From contig MQRK01236706.1 of the NCBI GenBank assembly GCA_001938485.1, positions 1-56,201 on the forward strand: DNA of 56,201 nt, read 5' to 3'. Below, one piece after another: positions 12,401 through 24,700 of this stretch. A model generated the notes under the pieces. That model did no database searches. It was not told the origin of the DNA and saw only the letters and a program-made list of their open reading frames with translations. Positions within the stretch are counted from its first letter, which is position 1. The number at the start of each line of letters is the position of its first letter. Made by a program: the position numbers and the translations under genes. Origin of the DNA: Girardia tigrina (taxonomy: Eukaryota).

Positions 12401-14811
12401 AAGAAAATAATTAATATGATGATATTTACATTTTTTAAGGTAATTATTTAAGGTAATTATCATTATTATAAAATTTAAAAGTTTTTTTTTGGATGGAACG
12501 GTGATTTTTTTGAGTGAGATTTTTTTTCAACAAAAAATTCGTTGCATCAAAATATCTTTTATCAATTTGAGACAATAAATTTCACGAAATTCAAAAATTT
12601 GACAGTCGAAAATTTGTTTTTCAATTTCTGTGTTTTCAATTGTTTAACAATTTTGTGATTGTTTAAAAAAGAAAATGATGCTACTTTTTTGCGTTTGTTT
12701 AAATGTGTTATTGTTGAAATAAATCATACGTGATAATGTTATGGTTCCGAAATATACATATGAACACTTTTGACAAAATTTTATGTAGAAAAAATTTTAA
12801 AATAATTCTTTTGGTAAAATTATTAATTTCAAACAAAATAATATTTAGTTTAACAAAAGTTGGAATTGAAAATTAAAAATATTTTAGTCTTTGTTTCATT
12901 TTATCAATTTTCAAGGCTGATGAAAACTACTATATAAACAGCAGCAAATTTAGTTTAGTTTGCCCAATTTTTGCCGACAAATTTGCCTAAACAAAAATTC
13001 TCGTAAAAGAAACAAGTAACGTGAATACAAAAATTTATTTTATTTTTATTTTATTCTTTTAAAATATTATTTTTTTAAAACCATAAGTATCCCGTATGGG
13101 AGAAAAAGGTTTAATTTAAATTTAAACATTCGTTCGTTTTGGAGATTCACAGTTTTTACTGTAATCTGTTAACTCGTACGAAATATTGATTTGTGTTTGT
13201 GTTCTGTCATCAAGAATTGAATTATTATTATTATTTTTGACTTGTTAATTCTTGGTTATTTGAAATAAAGTTTTATAAAAGAATTTGTGTTCATTGTCTA
13301 TATATTTATGTTGGAAGTCCTTTCTGAATAATTGGAGTCAGATTAAAGATTAAAGAATAAAGATTTGTATTTTTAAAAGGTAAATATTTAAATTAAAGAT
13401 TTCTAATACCCAACAATAAATTGTTGCAATTTTGAATTATAACTGGTTGAATAAAGATTTTCGGTCATTGAAATATTTTTCTATTATTCACGAATTTCTG
13501 TGTTTACCATAAAAAATTCGAGCGCGATGAATTTAGATAGAAAGAATATCAAACACGAGTGATACCAAACAGCCCGTTCAATATTGGTCTTTCTTTTGAT
13601 TAAAAGTATCGATGCGGCTGTTTTGAATACTACATACACGAAAAATAGCGTGGCAGTAGAGTACAATAAACCCGATAATGAATTCCATGTGACATTCGAA
13701 TTGAGTAGGCAAATCGAACCGACTGCATCATCATATAAAGTTTATTCAACAAAAATCAAAAATAATTGGAAGAGTTTAGAGAAAATTAATGAAACGCCGT
13801 CGTAAGTATCAAAATTTAAGGAATTGGCTAATGAAAATCGCATTTCTATCAAAATGTTAGACTCAATAAAGTGATTCCTTTCATTGCTGATGTTGGGATT
13901 TAATAAACTGTTCTACAATTATAACTGAAATGATTTTTCTTATTTTCTTTTCTATTGTTATGGATAATAAAACGAAACAGAAAATTGCACAATAACTGTT
14001 GACTAACGTTTTTTATATTTATTACTGTGGCTGCTAAGTAGGTTATTATAATACATACCGTCTATTTGGATTTTAGGTTTTTTCACTGTTTGGTTTTGTT
14101 TTTACGCTGCGTTTTTCGTGTTTGGAATAAATATCAGTTTAAGTTTCTTCAATAACTTCTATAATTTAATTTATGAAAACAATTTTTATTATGAATTTAT
14201 AAATGAACATTTTATTTTTTATTATTGTAAAATTTAGATGACCGGTCGTTGCTTAAAGATCATATTAATATAAAATATTGAATCCCTACACATGTATGAG
14301 TATATATTATGTCAATTTTGTGATGTTCTATGTACTCTATACTATTTAATAAGCTCATCAATTAATATAAATTATAGATATATTATAATAATACGTATTT
14401 ACGAGTCTATCTGTGAAGCATTTAGCTTCTTTGATGAGAATCTGTTTCAGAATCTCTTCATCTGCAACAATTGATAATGGTATCCCTCCAAAATAAAATC
14501 TGAAAATTATTAAATTAGATCCTAAAGGAAAATGTATTTAATACGGATAAATCTTTCCGTATTTCTTTAGACTCATTTTATCTAAATCGTGTAAACCCAT
14601 TCGAAATATATCGATGAAATTGCCCATGTACGGAAAGGGTGGCGGACCTTTATGACCGAGTTTCTCGTGAAGATTGTAAGTGGATTTTCCATACCTGATT
14701 TGCATTGTTCACATTTAAACAGAAATAAAATAATAACTTGTAGAATAAATAAAGTGTTATTAAAATTAAAAGATATTTGTATTCAAAAATACACAAAATA
14801 TATTCGATCAT
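1277..14811 (-). CDS. Cytochrome P450, CYP3 clan, gene B; 5' part (exons 1-5), continues beyond the left edge
   Basis: Exons 14811-14738, 14694-14545, 14499-14403, 12149-12033, 1362-1277 have the same sizes and phases as gene A and open frames. Confidence 0.9.
1700..5940 (+). mobile_element. Ty3/Gypsy LTR retrotransposon, degenerate (gag with multiple CCHC knuckles, PR-RT, gap, integrase, PPT and 3' LTR) in intron 4 of gene B
   Basis: Zinc knuckles at about 2178-2400; protease LLDTGA; RT PFG and YLDD in ORF 2590-3857; integrase H...H...CxxC and catalytic core at 4641-5300 with GPY motif; PPT-like GCGGGGG then TGTAC at 5552. Stops and frameshifts present; 5' LTR not found. Confidence 0.9.
8651..9397 (-). 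mobile_element. Internally deleted IS630/Tc1-type DNA transposon with ~45-bp TIRs and TA target duplication
   Basis: CTGTCGTTCTCATTTAATA.CGTGATA.TGTCATTAATTAGCAA inverted at both ends and flanked by TA; HTH-like ORF fragment at 8840-9100. Confidence 0.85.
9404..9443. repeat. (TA)n microsatellite
   Basis: Seen directly. Confidence 0.95.
11380..11760 (+). mobile_element. Penelope-like retroelement remnant (GIY-YIG endonuclease)
   Basis: NLIVKINCIGCKISYIEETNRHLKTRISKH matches the PLE VYxxxCxxCxxxYIGETxRxLxxRxxEH pattern. Confidence 0.75.
12033..12149 (-). CDS. CYP gene B exon 4
   Basis: [19 protein letters not shown]. Confidence 0.92.
14403..14499 (-). CDS. CYP gene B exon 3
   Basis: Paralog of 45348-45444. 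Confidence 0.9.
14545..14694 (-). CDS. CYP gene B exon 2
   Basis: GPPPFPYMGN hinge, paralog of 45491-45640. Confidence 0.9.
14738..14811 (-). CDS. CYP gene B exon 1
   Basis: ATG at 14811, MIEYILCIFEYKYLLILITLYLFY, GT donor. Confidence 0.87.
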
Positions 14812-14889
14812 TTATATTATTTATCTTTTTGAAAATTCTCATAAAATCATCCAATTATCAATGATATATTTGATTAATTTAAACAACAA

Positions 14890-14897
14890 TGACCTTT
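14890..14897 (-). promoter_or_regulatory. Candidate nuclear-receptor half-site AAAGGTCA upstream of CYP gene B
   Basis: Identical motif at the same distance (79 nt) from the ATG in gene A. Confidence 0.35.
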
Positions 14898-16599
14898 CAT
14901 ACGAATATTTAAGTTTATTTTTGAAAATATTTTATTGGAATTAGAACATAAGTCTTGTTCGATAGTACATAATATTTATTTAACATATAAATGCAATATG
15001 TGATTTTGGAAGGAAAAAACATCAATCATCCATAAATCAGTCATTTAGTTTAGTTTAAATGCATTATTATTTCCTTTTTTAATTTAAATCATTTCCTGGT
15101 CAAATACATATTATTCTCTATCGGATTATACTTCCATTCGATTCCTATGACTTTTAATTCATCAATATTAGAATGTTAAAAGCTAATGTATAAATAGTGT
15201 TAAATAAACGTTTAAATGATTAAATAAATGTTTAAAAAAATAATATTACGAATTGTACTAGTAAATATTTTTTAAAATGAAGTTTTAAAAGTTAAACTAG
15301 AAATTTGTTAAAATGACGCACTAGGAGTCTAGGTTAAAGTATTTCTAAAAATTAAAATTTAAAGTCTGAAAAGGAAAATAACAAATAAACCATGAACAAA
15401 AATTTAATAATTGATGTAATTTTTAATCTTACAGTTGAAGGTAAAATTTCTAAAAAGAAAAAAATGATAAGTTTAATAAAATTGATTTAGAAAAGAAGCA
15501 AAAGAAAATTAAATTATTAAATCTTTTAAATTGAAGATGGTGCGAGAGCGGGTGCAGCGGTTTTGCAGCCGCGGTGAACTGACGACATAGTGCGAAAATC
15601 GGGTCGGGGGAGGAAAAATAAATTAGCATATCCGGACCTTGCCGGTTTTTGGGACGTTGGAGCGCCGCAGATACCGAATTGTCAGTTCGTTTTTTCTTGA
15701 TTAGTTCAAATTTCACTAACAAATGTTTCCTTCGAATCAGTTCCCAAGAAAAAAGAAAAGAATAATCACAATAACAATAATGAAAATCAAATAATATTGA
15801 TTGTTATTTTCTTCAAGAATCGGATTATAATAAATCACTTCTTTCATCATGTATGCCAATTCATTGGAGCATTGCAGTGATAAGAAGAACAACATCCACT
15901 GTTATGAAATCGATTTTGGCAAATTGCCGAAGTTCAAATATTATTCGTATCACAACCCAGTCCGTAATGCGGGATTCGATCTTTGGCGCCAGATGAAAAC
16001 GTTAACGAGCACGACAGAGATCTCTTAATAAACTCATTGAATCTTATAATTTTCAGAAGGCTAGGTAGCAGTGGCATTTCGTAATCCTTCAACGGACTCG
16101 CGATAATTGCAATAGCTTCCGGTGATTTCGGGTAAGTAGCATTTGAATCAGCTTCCGGAGAAGAGATTCTTAAACTTATTCCGCTTAAGCAAACTAAAGC
16201 TTTGATAATCTGATTTCTGAATATCTGATGGAAATGGGGCGGATATTCGGAATCACTTTTATTAATGGGTATCGGACTGTTCATTTGTAAATAATTAATA
16301 ATTGAATCACCATTTTCAAAAATGGTCACGCAAGAATCGCTAAGAATGACTTCTTTAATGTCATTAATGAAGAGAAAAAGAATTTCTTGCTATCTCTGTA
16401 ATTCGTAGTTAGAACTGTGACATATATAGATAATCATTGCTATTCATTTCACTCCACAGAGTTTCAGAGGTCATTCGTGTCACATCTTTCACTTCTCTGG
16501 GTCAGTCATTCTGCGTGTATTTTTCTGATTGTTCGCAATGGTATACCATGAATCAACACGCGTTTCACATAATTTTAAACCGAAGACTACGATTTTCTA

Positions 16600-17480
16600 T
16601 CCTGGCACATGATCTGTGATTCACGGATTATTCATGAAGAATAATCGCGTGATTCTTGTTTTGGAATTAGGGGCTTACTCATGGTAAGTTTTAATTAATT
16701 TGGTTTATTCTAATTAAATTTTGTAATTCTTCAAGGCCTTATAACTGTTACGGTTGATCCACGACTTCCCTTGAGCACCAAAGAAGAGGGGAATAGTCTA
16801 ACTCGACTATTCCCAAATATATTTAAATAAGCCCCATTCAACAATCAACTCCGTGAACCACAGAGGCCCAGGGATCTCATGTCGAACGGAGCCGAGTCCA
16901 CTTTCTCACCTAAACACCTTGGAAGCCGCGAACCTTTAAAGAAAAACATAATTAAAACGAGAAAATCCTTAATTAATTAATTAACTTACCAAAATGATTC
17001 AGAATGAATCATGGAAATCCGCCGACTGATAAGCTCTACAGAAGATCCCCAGCGAATGAAATTGTCAAAATTGTCCGGAAAAACGATTGACCTTATCTGA
17101 CAGTCGCCGGTTGATGACAATAGAGCGGTAGTGCAGCGATATTCCTTGAAAAATAAACAAATAAAAAAAAATTTACAGATGAAACGTACCCAAATCCAAC
17201 ACTAGCAATAATCGTCGCAGACGTCTCAAGTGGGTGGCCTGTCTACAGACATCGAAGGGAATGGATTGTCCAGATGTAGGTGAAACCCCCTCGAATCCTG
17301 TTTGAGATAATTCAGGTCACGTAATCATGCTACCTGGTACACACGATAATGCATGCATACAGAATACCAAGCCGCAAATCACTGCGAACAAATCGGCATT
17401 GACAGATAAGCGCATATACCCTGAAACACCCGGACAGTGTGCACATGACATCAGGTGTCAATACTGATGTATTTCATGCA
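16600..17480. mobile_element. Two oppositely oriented fragments of intron-containing LTR-like repeats related to 49448-52530
   Basis: Plus-strand intron 16684-16735 and minus-strand introns 16934-16989 and 17145-17189; flanking exon sequences resemble 50022-50447. Confidence 0.55.
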
Positions 17481-17864
17481 TAAGCATAAGCACAATTTCT
17501 TTTTGATTTTTAATTTACTGATAATTTAATTTTGATTTCTAATACGCCCATACTAATACAACTACAGACGATTCTTAAAAATTAGTTTACAATTCTCGAA
17601 ACTGTTTTGCGAGTAAATTTTTTTTAAAAATTTACGAGTATTTGAAACGGTGTTCCAATCTACGAATTTTGATTTTCAATTTGGGCTGTCAGTTAATTAC
17701 GTTTGGATAGGTATGAGCCTTGAATTTTATTAATTAGAATTTGCGTTCCATCACTTTTGTTTATCGAGTCTTAATTTCATGAATTATCATTTTATTTTAT
17801 CACTTCTGTTTCATTGCTTATATCTCAGTTGAATATTAATTCATCATTGCAGTTATCTGTTTAT

Positions 17865-18788
17865 TTATTTTACTGCTTTCAATATAATTTTCTTTCTTTC
17901 TCCTTCCGCTCTTCCCTCAATCATAACCTTTGCTAATGCTTGTTTTCTTATTTGATGACCGTAGAATTTCAGCTTCCTTCTCTTGATGATCTCTTCTATT
18001 GATTCCGGTCTTTTAACTAGTATTTCTGTCACTCTCCTACAAACAAAGTCATTTGTCTTCTTTTCTTTCCACGTGATCTTCAACATTCTCCTGTAGCACT
18101 TCATTTCAAACACTTTAAGCCTATCCATACTCTTCTGATTTATTGTCCAACTCTCGCATCCATAGAGGAGTGTTTCCCAGACAATAGCCTTAGTGATCTT
18201 CAATCTGCTCTTGAGATGGATTTCTTTGAGGTTAAAAACTGTGCTAAGCTTAATCATTGCGCTTGTAGATATACCAATCCGGCTTCTGATTTCATCTTCG
18301 CTTCCCCCATTCTCTGTGATAGTAGAGCCTAAATATTTGAAAGTCCTTATATGTTCCAGCTTCTCCCCTTCAATGAAAATCTCCAGTTTAACCTCGTTGT
18401 TATGGTTTCTTGAAACCATTACTTTGCTTTTTTGTCTGTTGATTTCCATTCCGAAATTGTTTGACGCTTTGTGTAATCTGTTCGTGAGTTCCTGAATCTC
18501 TGCCTCATCTTTGCCGATTAGGTCTATGTCATCAGCAAATCGTAGGTTGGTTATTCTTGTTCCTCCGCAGCTTATTCCAACATCGTCTAGATCTTCTATT
18601 GCTTCCATAACAATTCTCTCAAGAAAAAGGTTGAACAGTGTTGGTGATAGAATGCAACCTTGTCTTACTCCTACTGATGATTTAAACCAGTCGCTAAATT
18701 GCTCAGTTGTCAACACTTTTGTTTTTGCATCTTCGTAAAGGCTCTTAATAATATTCGTGATATGTGTTCCTATGTTGTATTTATTCAA
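17865..18788 (-). mobile_element. RTE-clade non-LTR retrotransposon, 5'-truncated RT fragment (307 aa open)
   Basis: GVRQGCILSPTLFN, LRFADD, FKYLGS, LLYGCESWT, FEMKCYRRMLKITW. Confidence 0.9.
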
Positions 18789-19949
18789 TCTTTAGATTAC
18801 TGTTAAAAATAATGTTTATTAATGTTTCCTTAGTTTACCGTTTAGAAACATTCAGTCAAAATGATGTTTCTTTTAGTTTAAAGTTTCGAACAAAGTTTAG
18901 TAATTTAATCTGGAAACCTTCAACAATGATAGCTTCAAATAACGTTTAGTAGTGTTTGTTTTCGGTGATGTTCGTGAATGCTAATGGAAGGAATATCGCT
19001 TGACAAGTAATATAGAAACACAACTTAATATGTCTAGTATCGACCGAACTAACAGATCTATGTAAATAGTAGATTGAAGAGTAGCGAGTCAATAATAGAT
19101 CAGTACGGTGTAGAAAAGCAAATGTAAATACTTACACAAAGATTGATTTATGGATAGTAATCGACTTCATTAACCGAATCTAATGAAAGCTTGTCTAAAT
19201 AACGATAATGCCGTTTTAGTAAATTTCTTTATAACTACTCTTTATGGAATTGTTGTACGAACTTCTTCTGGTTGATTTATTTTGCTTAAGAACGTTTATT
19301 TTATTCAGTCCTCGGCTCTATAAATTGTATCAGGTTTGAGGTTAAAGACACCAGCTCATGGTCAATATTTGAGACGACCCTCATCTGACGATTTGTAAAA
19401 TATTTCATATTTCATTAAACAAATAATTCTTAGTAGGGAATATTGTTAGGATTTCAATTGTGAACTAACCTTAATTTTCGAATTTTCATAGATTGGATGA
19501 ATATAAAAATGCAGTTCTATTAAATGGAAGAGTGGCTTGTTTCAATTGATTTATTTTACGAACTCTTCTATGAAGTAACATAAAAATATTTTCCTTAATT
19601 AGATTAAAGATTATTTTCTTTCAAACGAGGCAATGTTATTTTGTTTAATCTTTATTTCTAATTTAACGTACACCGAAGCGACGCTCTACTTCCTTTATTT
19701 TAATAAATGTTTATAATCTTAATTTCAATTTTGTAAGGATTTTAATTTTAAATCATAGTTCGACATGGAAAACAACTTGTGTGTTTTAAACCCGTTTCAG
19801 CTATTCCGCATAGAATTAAGTATTGAGTTAATGTTCAATGAGAAGGGTTAACAATAATTATAAAATATATGTTGGGTAGGTTTGTTTTCCTTTTGTGTGA
19901 GGAGAACATCTAGAAACGACTACGCCTAATACTCAGTGCAACAGAGTAT

Positions 19950-20844
19950 TGTCACTGTGAACACTCCAGTCACACATAATTAAATAAAGTATAATTCCAT
20001 GTAACTAGGAAACGAATATAAATGACGAACAATAATTGAGTTGTTACTTGGGGCGAAGAACCTTTCGGGGTGACGTAGGCCGACTGTAGCATGCAAGGGG
20101 CACGCAGTAGACCAACGTTTACTTCCTTGGGGCTCCCTTTATTCGATCTGACTAATAAACTTGAATAATGAATCTTAGGACATGAATCAGAAATGACATC
20201 TACCCCTTAGAAATTGAGCTACCAGTCGGGTCACAATCGGTACTGGTAGAGAATTTGAAGGCGCTCCAACGTACACACAACATGCTGATCTGAGCGAAGG
20301 AGACGCGTCTGTTCCCGTGTTTATCGAATCGATGAGTTATTGAGAGGAGTCAGAAATAAGTATGAGTTGCCGTTTAACTCAGAAGAGCGGATTGGGGCTC
20401 AGAGCTTGCAAAAATGTTGGTAGAGGAGGGAACACGACATAACTCTGCTTGGAACTATCGAATTTTGGCGTACGGAACCTTCACGTGTAGCCCCCGTTGA
20501 GTTCTATCTAGAGAGGGGCGGATGTCTTGATGGGCTGCTTGGTATGTTCCGAAATGCCTTTTTCGTGAATTTTGTTTTACATATACGTTTTTATAATATT
20601 CAATTCGTTGCAACTGACCAACAGGGCGATCAAGAGACTTCTGACGATACTAGATTGCTCCGACACCTCTTCCGGATCAAATGCTATTGTGATATTTTGT
20701 CCAATACATGTATTAAATCAATATTGTCTTTTTATATTATTGTCATACTATATTTTATATTATATTATTATTCTTCTTTTATTATTTGTTATCACTGGCC
20801 GAGTTAATGTCTTACGGGGCAATTGTTATTATTCGCCCGCAACA
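19950..20844 (+). mobile_element. Probable solo LTR (TGTCAC...CGCAACA) with one internal intron-like segment
   Basis: Termini resemble those of 49448-52530; GT-AG segment at 20542-20624; ATTAAA at 20712. No TSD found and the left end is uncertain. Confidence 0.5.
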
Positions 20845-21654
20845 CAGAACATGTGATTATCTGGGTGAATATTGTGGAGCAGAAAATAAAATATAAGCTC
20901 CAGTGCTGGACTATTCAGCAAGTTTTAAAAACTAGTTGGCTTTTACTGTATACAAAATGTTACACCGTACTGACAAAAACAAACTTTTGACCCGAAAAAT
21001 GATTATAACTAGTTGCAAATTACCCTAGCAACATGGAAATAATGGTGATTTGTTGAACACAAAATATTTTCTTCAAAATTTGAAAATGTATAACATAAGC
21101 AATCTCAATATTCATGAATTTCTTGTAGAGTTTATTCTAATATCACCAATTACTATGATTGAAAAGAGAACACAACGCCTTTATTAGTTTCAAATGAGCA
21201 GTGATCTCCTGAAAAATCACAAACCGAGTTTAATGTAGTTAAATCAAATTTAAATTTATTATTAGTTATTTAGATATTACGATATTTAATTAAATTAATT
21301 ATTATTTATAATTTGTTTATCGAACTTTTTTCAAAAATTAATATTTTTCAGCTTAGGAGATATGTATACAACGTACATTAAACATGCTAAACAGGCATGA
21401 AATTTTATGGAAAATAGATTTAAAAGAATTATTAAAAATTATTTATATTTCATAATAATTACTATACCATTATTATTCAAACTATATATTACAGAAGTTT
21501 TTATAAAAATTAGTTAAATTATGAATATTAATTTATTCTTATCACATACAATTTTGATAAAATAAAGAAGAATGTTTACTCAATAAACAAAATAATGTTC
21601 TATCAATTGTTAGTTATCAATTCTAAGTGTTTCAGTATTAAACATGATTTAGGT

Positions 21655-21738
21655 TTATGACGATTCTCGTTTAACAACCTTCAGCAAAATTGGTTTAATG
21701 GGTGCTGAAAGTGTGGTTGTCTTGAACTTAATCTCTTC
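21655..21738 (-). CDS. CYP gene A exon 11 ([27 protein letters not shown])
   Basis: CYP3A-like C-terminus P.KPI.LKV..R, TAA stop at 21657-21655. Confidence 0.9.
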   Translation of the reverse strand, partial: EEIKFKTTTLSAPIKPILLKVVKRESS

Positions 21739-24700
21739 CTTAAACAGCAATAGAAATTTAAATTAAATTTATTATTTTATTTTAATTTACCAATGTTTCT
21801 GGACAAGTCACCAATTCGAACTTCTGTAGAAGACTGACAATGGCCCATTTCGTTTCGAGTAATGCGAATCTCATCCCAACACAATTCCTCGGGCCCATTC
21901 CAAATGGCATAAACGAATATGGACTGTTGAGTTTTTTATTTTCCGGACTGAATCTGCAATCAGAGTCAATTTAAATACTTTTTAATGTTTCAGTTTTGTA
22001 TAATTAGTTTGATATGATAGCATCAGTCTTTGTAATTCCCCAGAAAATTGAGAAAAGAGACATCATTATTTGTGTGACCCTCCATGGTAAACATCATTTT
22101 TGGAAGTACTAGACGATTTTTATATTTCCATCTGATTTCTTATTTCTACTTAATCTTTTGTAATGTTTCAGAAATACATTTATAAATTTAATAAAATATT
22201 TTTAATAGTAGACAATTCTCAAATAAAATATGGAAATTGGAAATTTAACTTGTGAAAAAATTGATTATTGGTTAAATCAAACCACATTGGCTGATCAAAT
22301 GGACATGACAAATGTTACTTGGACACTTGAAGAGGTTCATTTAAAATATATTGGTTAAAATAAATAAACGTTCTTTTCAATTATTATTCTTTTATAGATT
22401 AAAAAATACTGTGTAACAGCAATTCTTCTTTAAATACTTAAATCAAATATCAAATTAACTTTTTAATTATTAGAAACCGGGAAAATATATCCCCCTTTCG
22501 AGAAAACAGCTTTGATCCTCGATAAACAAGCAAGTTCACACAGAGGGGGGTCAATGTTTTCGGAAGAAAAAAAATTGATACGATTCTGTTTTGACATCTT
22601 CATTTGTAAAGTGTTGATTTGCGAGAAAATTCGATAATAACCGAAAAAAATGGTAATCTGTTTGAGAGATGTTCGACCATAACGACAAATAGCTGTTGAA
22701 TGTCCACAACTTCGCGAGAATAACAATTTTTTCGTTCATTTCAACAGTAATTCAGATCACGGTTTACGTTTTACTTTGTTTACTAGCGTTAGCTTTTCTG
22801 TTTTTGATATATCTTGACTAAGAATTCCATATGCGTTTTTAGTCATTTTAAAAGAGATCGATCTTTGTCCATCAGTTATTTTCAGGAAATAAAGGGTAGC
22901 AAATGACAGGATGGGTTAGTCATGAAGTTTATTGATGGCATGATTCTTTACGTAAATTAAAACAATCATTTCTCTGTCGATATGATAAATGTTTGACGAG
23001 GATTTTCTTGTTCTTTACATACATGTTATTTATCTTTTTTATTTTACTATTTGTTAATTATCCATCGGTGATAGCAATTATGATTCTTTGTTGATGTTAA
23101 AACAGATACCGATTCCCTGCTGTGGTAAGTCTATATTTGATATATTGTATACAGCTATTTTATAGCTGTTTTATTGGGTTCTTGCTCAAAAGACATTATC
23201 ATGAACACAAAACTTTATTTCTAAAACTATTTGAATTTTTTAAACAAATATTTTTCAGGAACTTTTGCACTTTCTTTTTACACAACCATTATAAATAAAA
23301 TAGATATAAATAAAAATATGATTAGTATATTTTTTACAAATTAAAATTCTATATTTTTTTAATAAAAAATTATAGTGAATTAAAATTTTGTCACAAAGAT
23401 TTTGTTGCGTCTTTTATTAATTTTTCAATTTTATGGTACATTTAAATTTACCTGTTTCTCAATTACATTTTCCAAAATAAAATTAAAATTGTATTCTTCA
23501 GTATTTTCTTCTTTTAATTGCTTTTTAACTCGTGCATCTGTACATAATTTGTCTAATGTACATTAGAAAAATTATGTACAGATGCACGAGTTAAAAAACA
23601 ATTAAAAGAAGAAAATACTGAAGAATACAAACAAATAATTAAAATTCCATATTCTGAAGGATTTAGAGCGTTTAATAAGAGTATTTATAGAACAATAAAT
23701 AGTGCTAAAGTAGTCCCTGTCACATCCAAAGTTTCCTCTCAAACAAATCGAAAACAGTTTGTGATTTGCAAGCTAATCTGGTATATAAATTTAATTGTCA
23801 CGGGTGTCAAAACTCGTACATCGGAGAGACAAATCNNNNNNNNNNNNNNNNNNNNNNNNNNNNNNNNNNNNNNNNNNNNNNNNNNNNNNNNNNNNNNNNN
23901 NNNNNNNNNNNNNNNNNNNNNNNNNNNNNNNNNNNNNNNNNNNNNNNNNNNNNNNNNNNNNNNNNNNNNNNNNNNNNNNNNNNNNNNNNNNNNNNNNNNN
24001 NNNNNNNNNNNNNNNNNNNNNNNNNNNNNNNNNNNNNNNNNNNNNNNNNNNNNNNNNNNNNNNNNNNNNNNNNNNNNNNNNNNNNNNNNNNNNNNNNNNN
24101 NNNNNNNNNNNNNNNNNNNNNNNNNNNNNNNNNNNNNNNNNNNNNNNNNNNNNNNNNNNNNNNNNNNNNNNNNNNNNNNNNNNNNNNNNNNNNNNNNNNN
24201 NNNNNNNNNNNNNNNNNNNNNNNNNNNNNNNNNNNNNNNNNNNNNNNNNNNNNNNNNNNNNNNNNNNNNNNNNNNNNNNNNNNNNNNNNNNNNNNNNNNN
24301 NNNNNNNNNNNNNNNNNNNNNNNNNNNNNNNNNNNNNNNNNNNNNNNNNNNNNNNNNNNNNNNNNNNNNNNNNNNNNNNNNNNNNNNNNNNNNNNNNNNN
24401 NNNNNNNNNNNNNNNNNNNNNNNNNNNNNNNNNNNNNNNNNNNNNNNNNNNNNNNNNNNNNNNNNNNNNNNNNNNNNNNNNNNNNNNNNNNNNNNNNNNN
24501 NNNNNNNNNNNNNNNNNNNNNNNNNNNNNNNNNNNNNNNNNNNNNNNNNNNNNNNNNNNNNNNNNNNNNNNNNNNNNNNNNNNNNNNNNNNNNNNNNNNN
24601 NNNNNNNNNNNNNNNNNNNNNNNNNNNNNNNNNNNNNNNNNNNNNNNNNNNNNNNNNNNNNNNNNNNNNNNNNNNNNNNNNNNNNNNNNNNNNNNNNNNN

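Noticed and set aside
18193-18738. Plus-strand ORFs overlapping the RTE element
   Set aside because: Antisense shadows of the RT frame.
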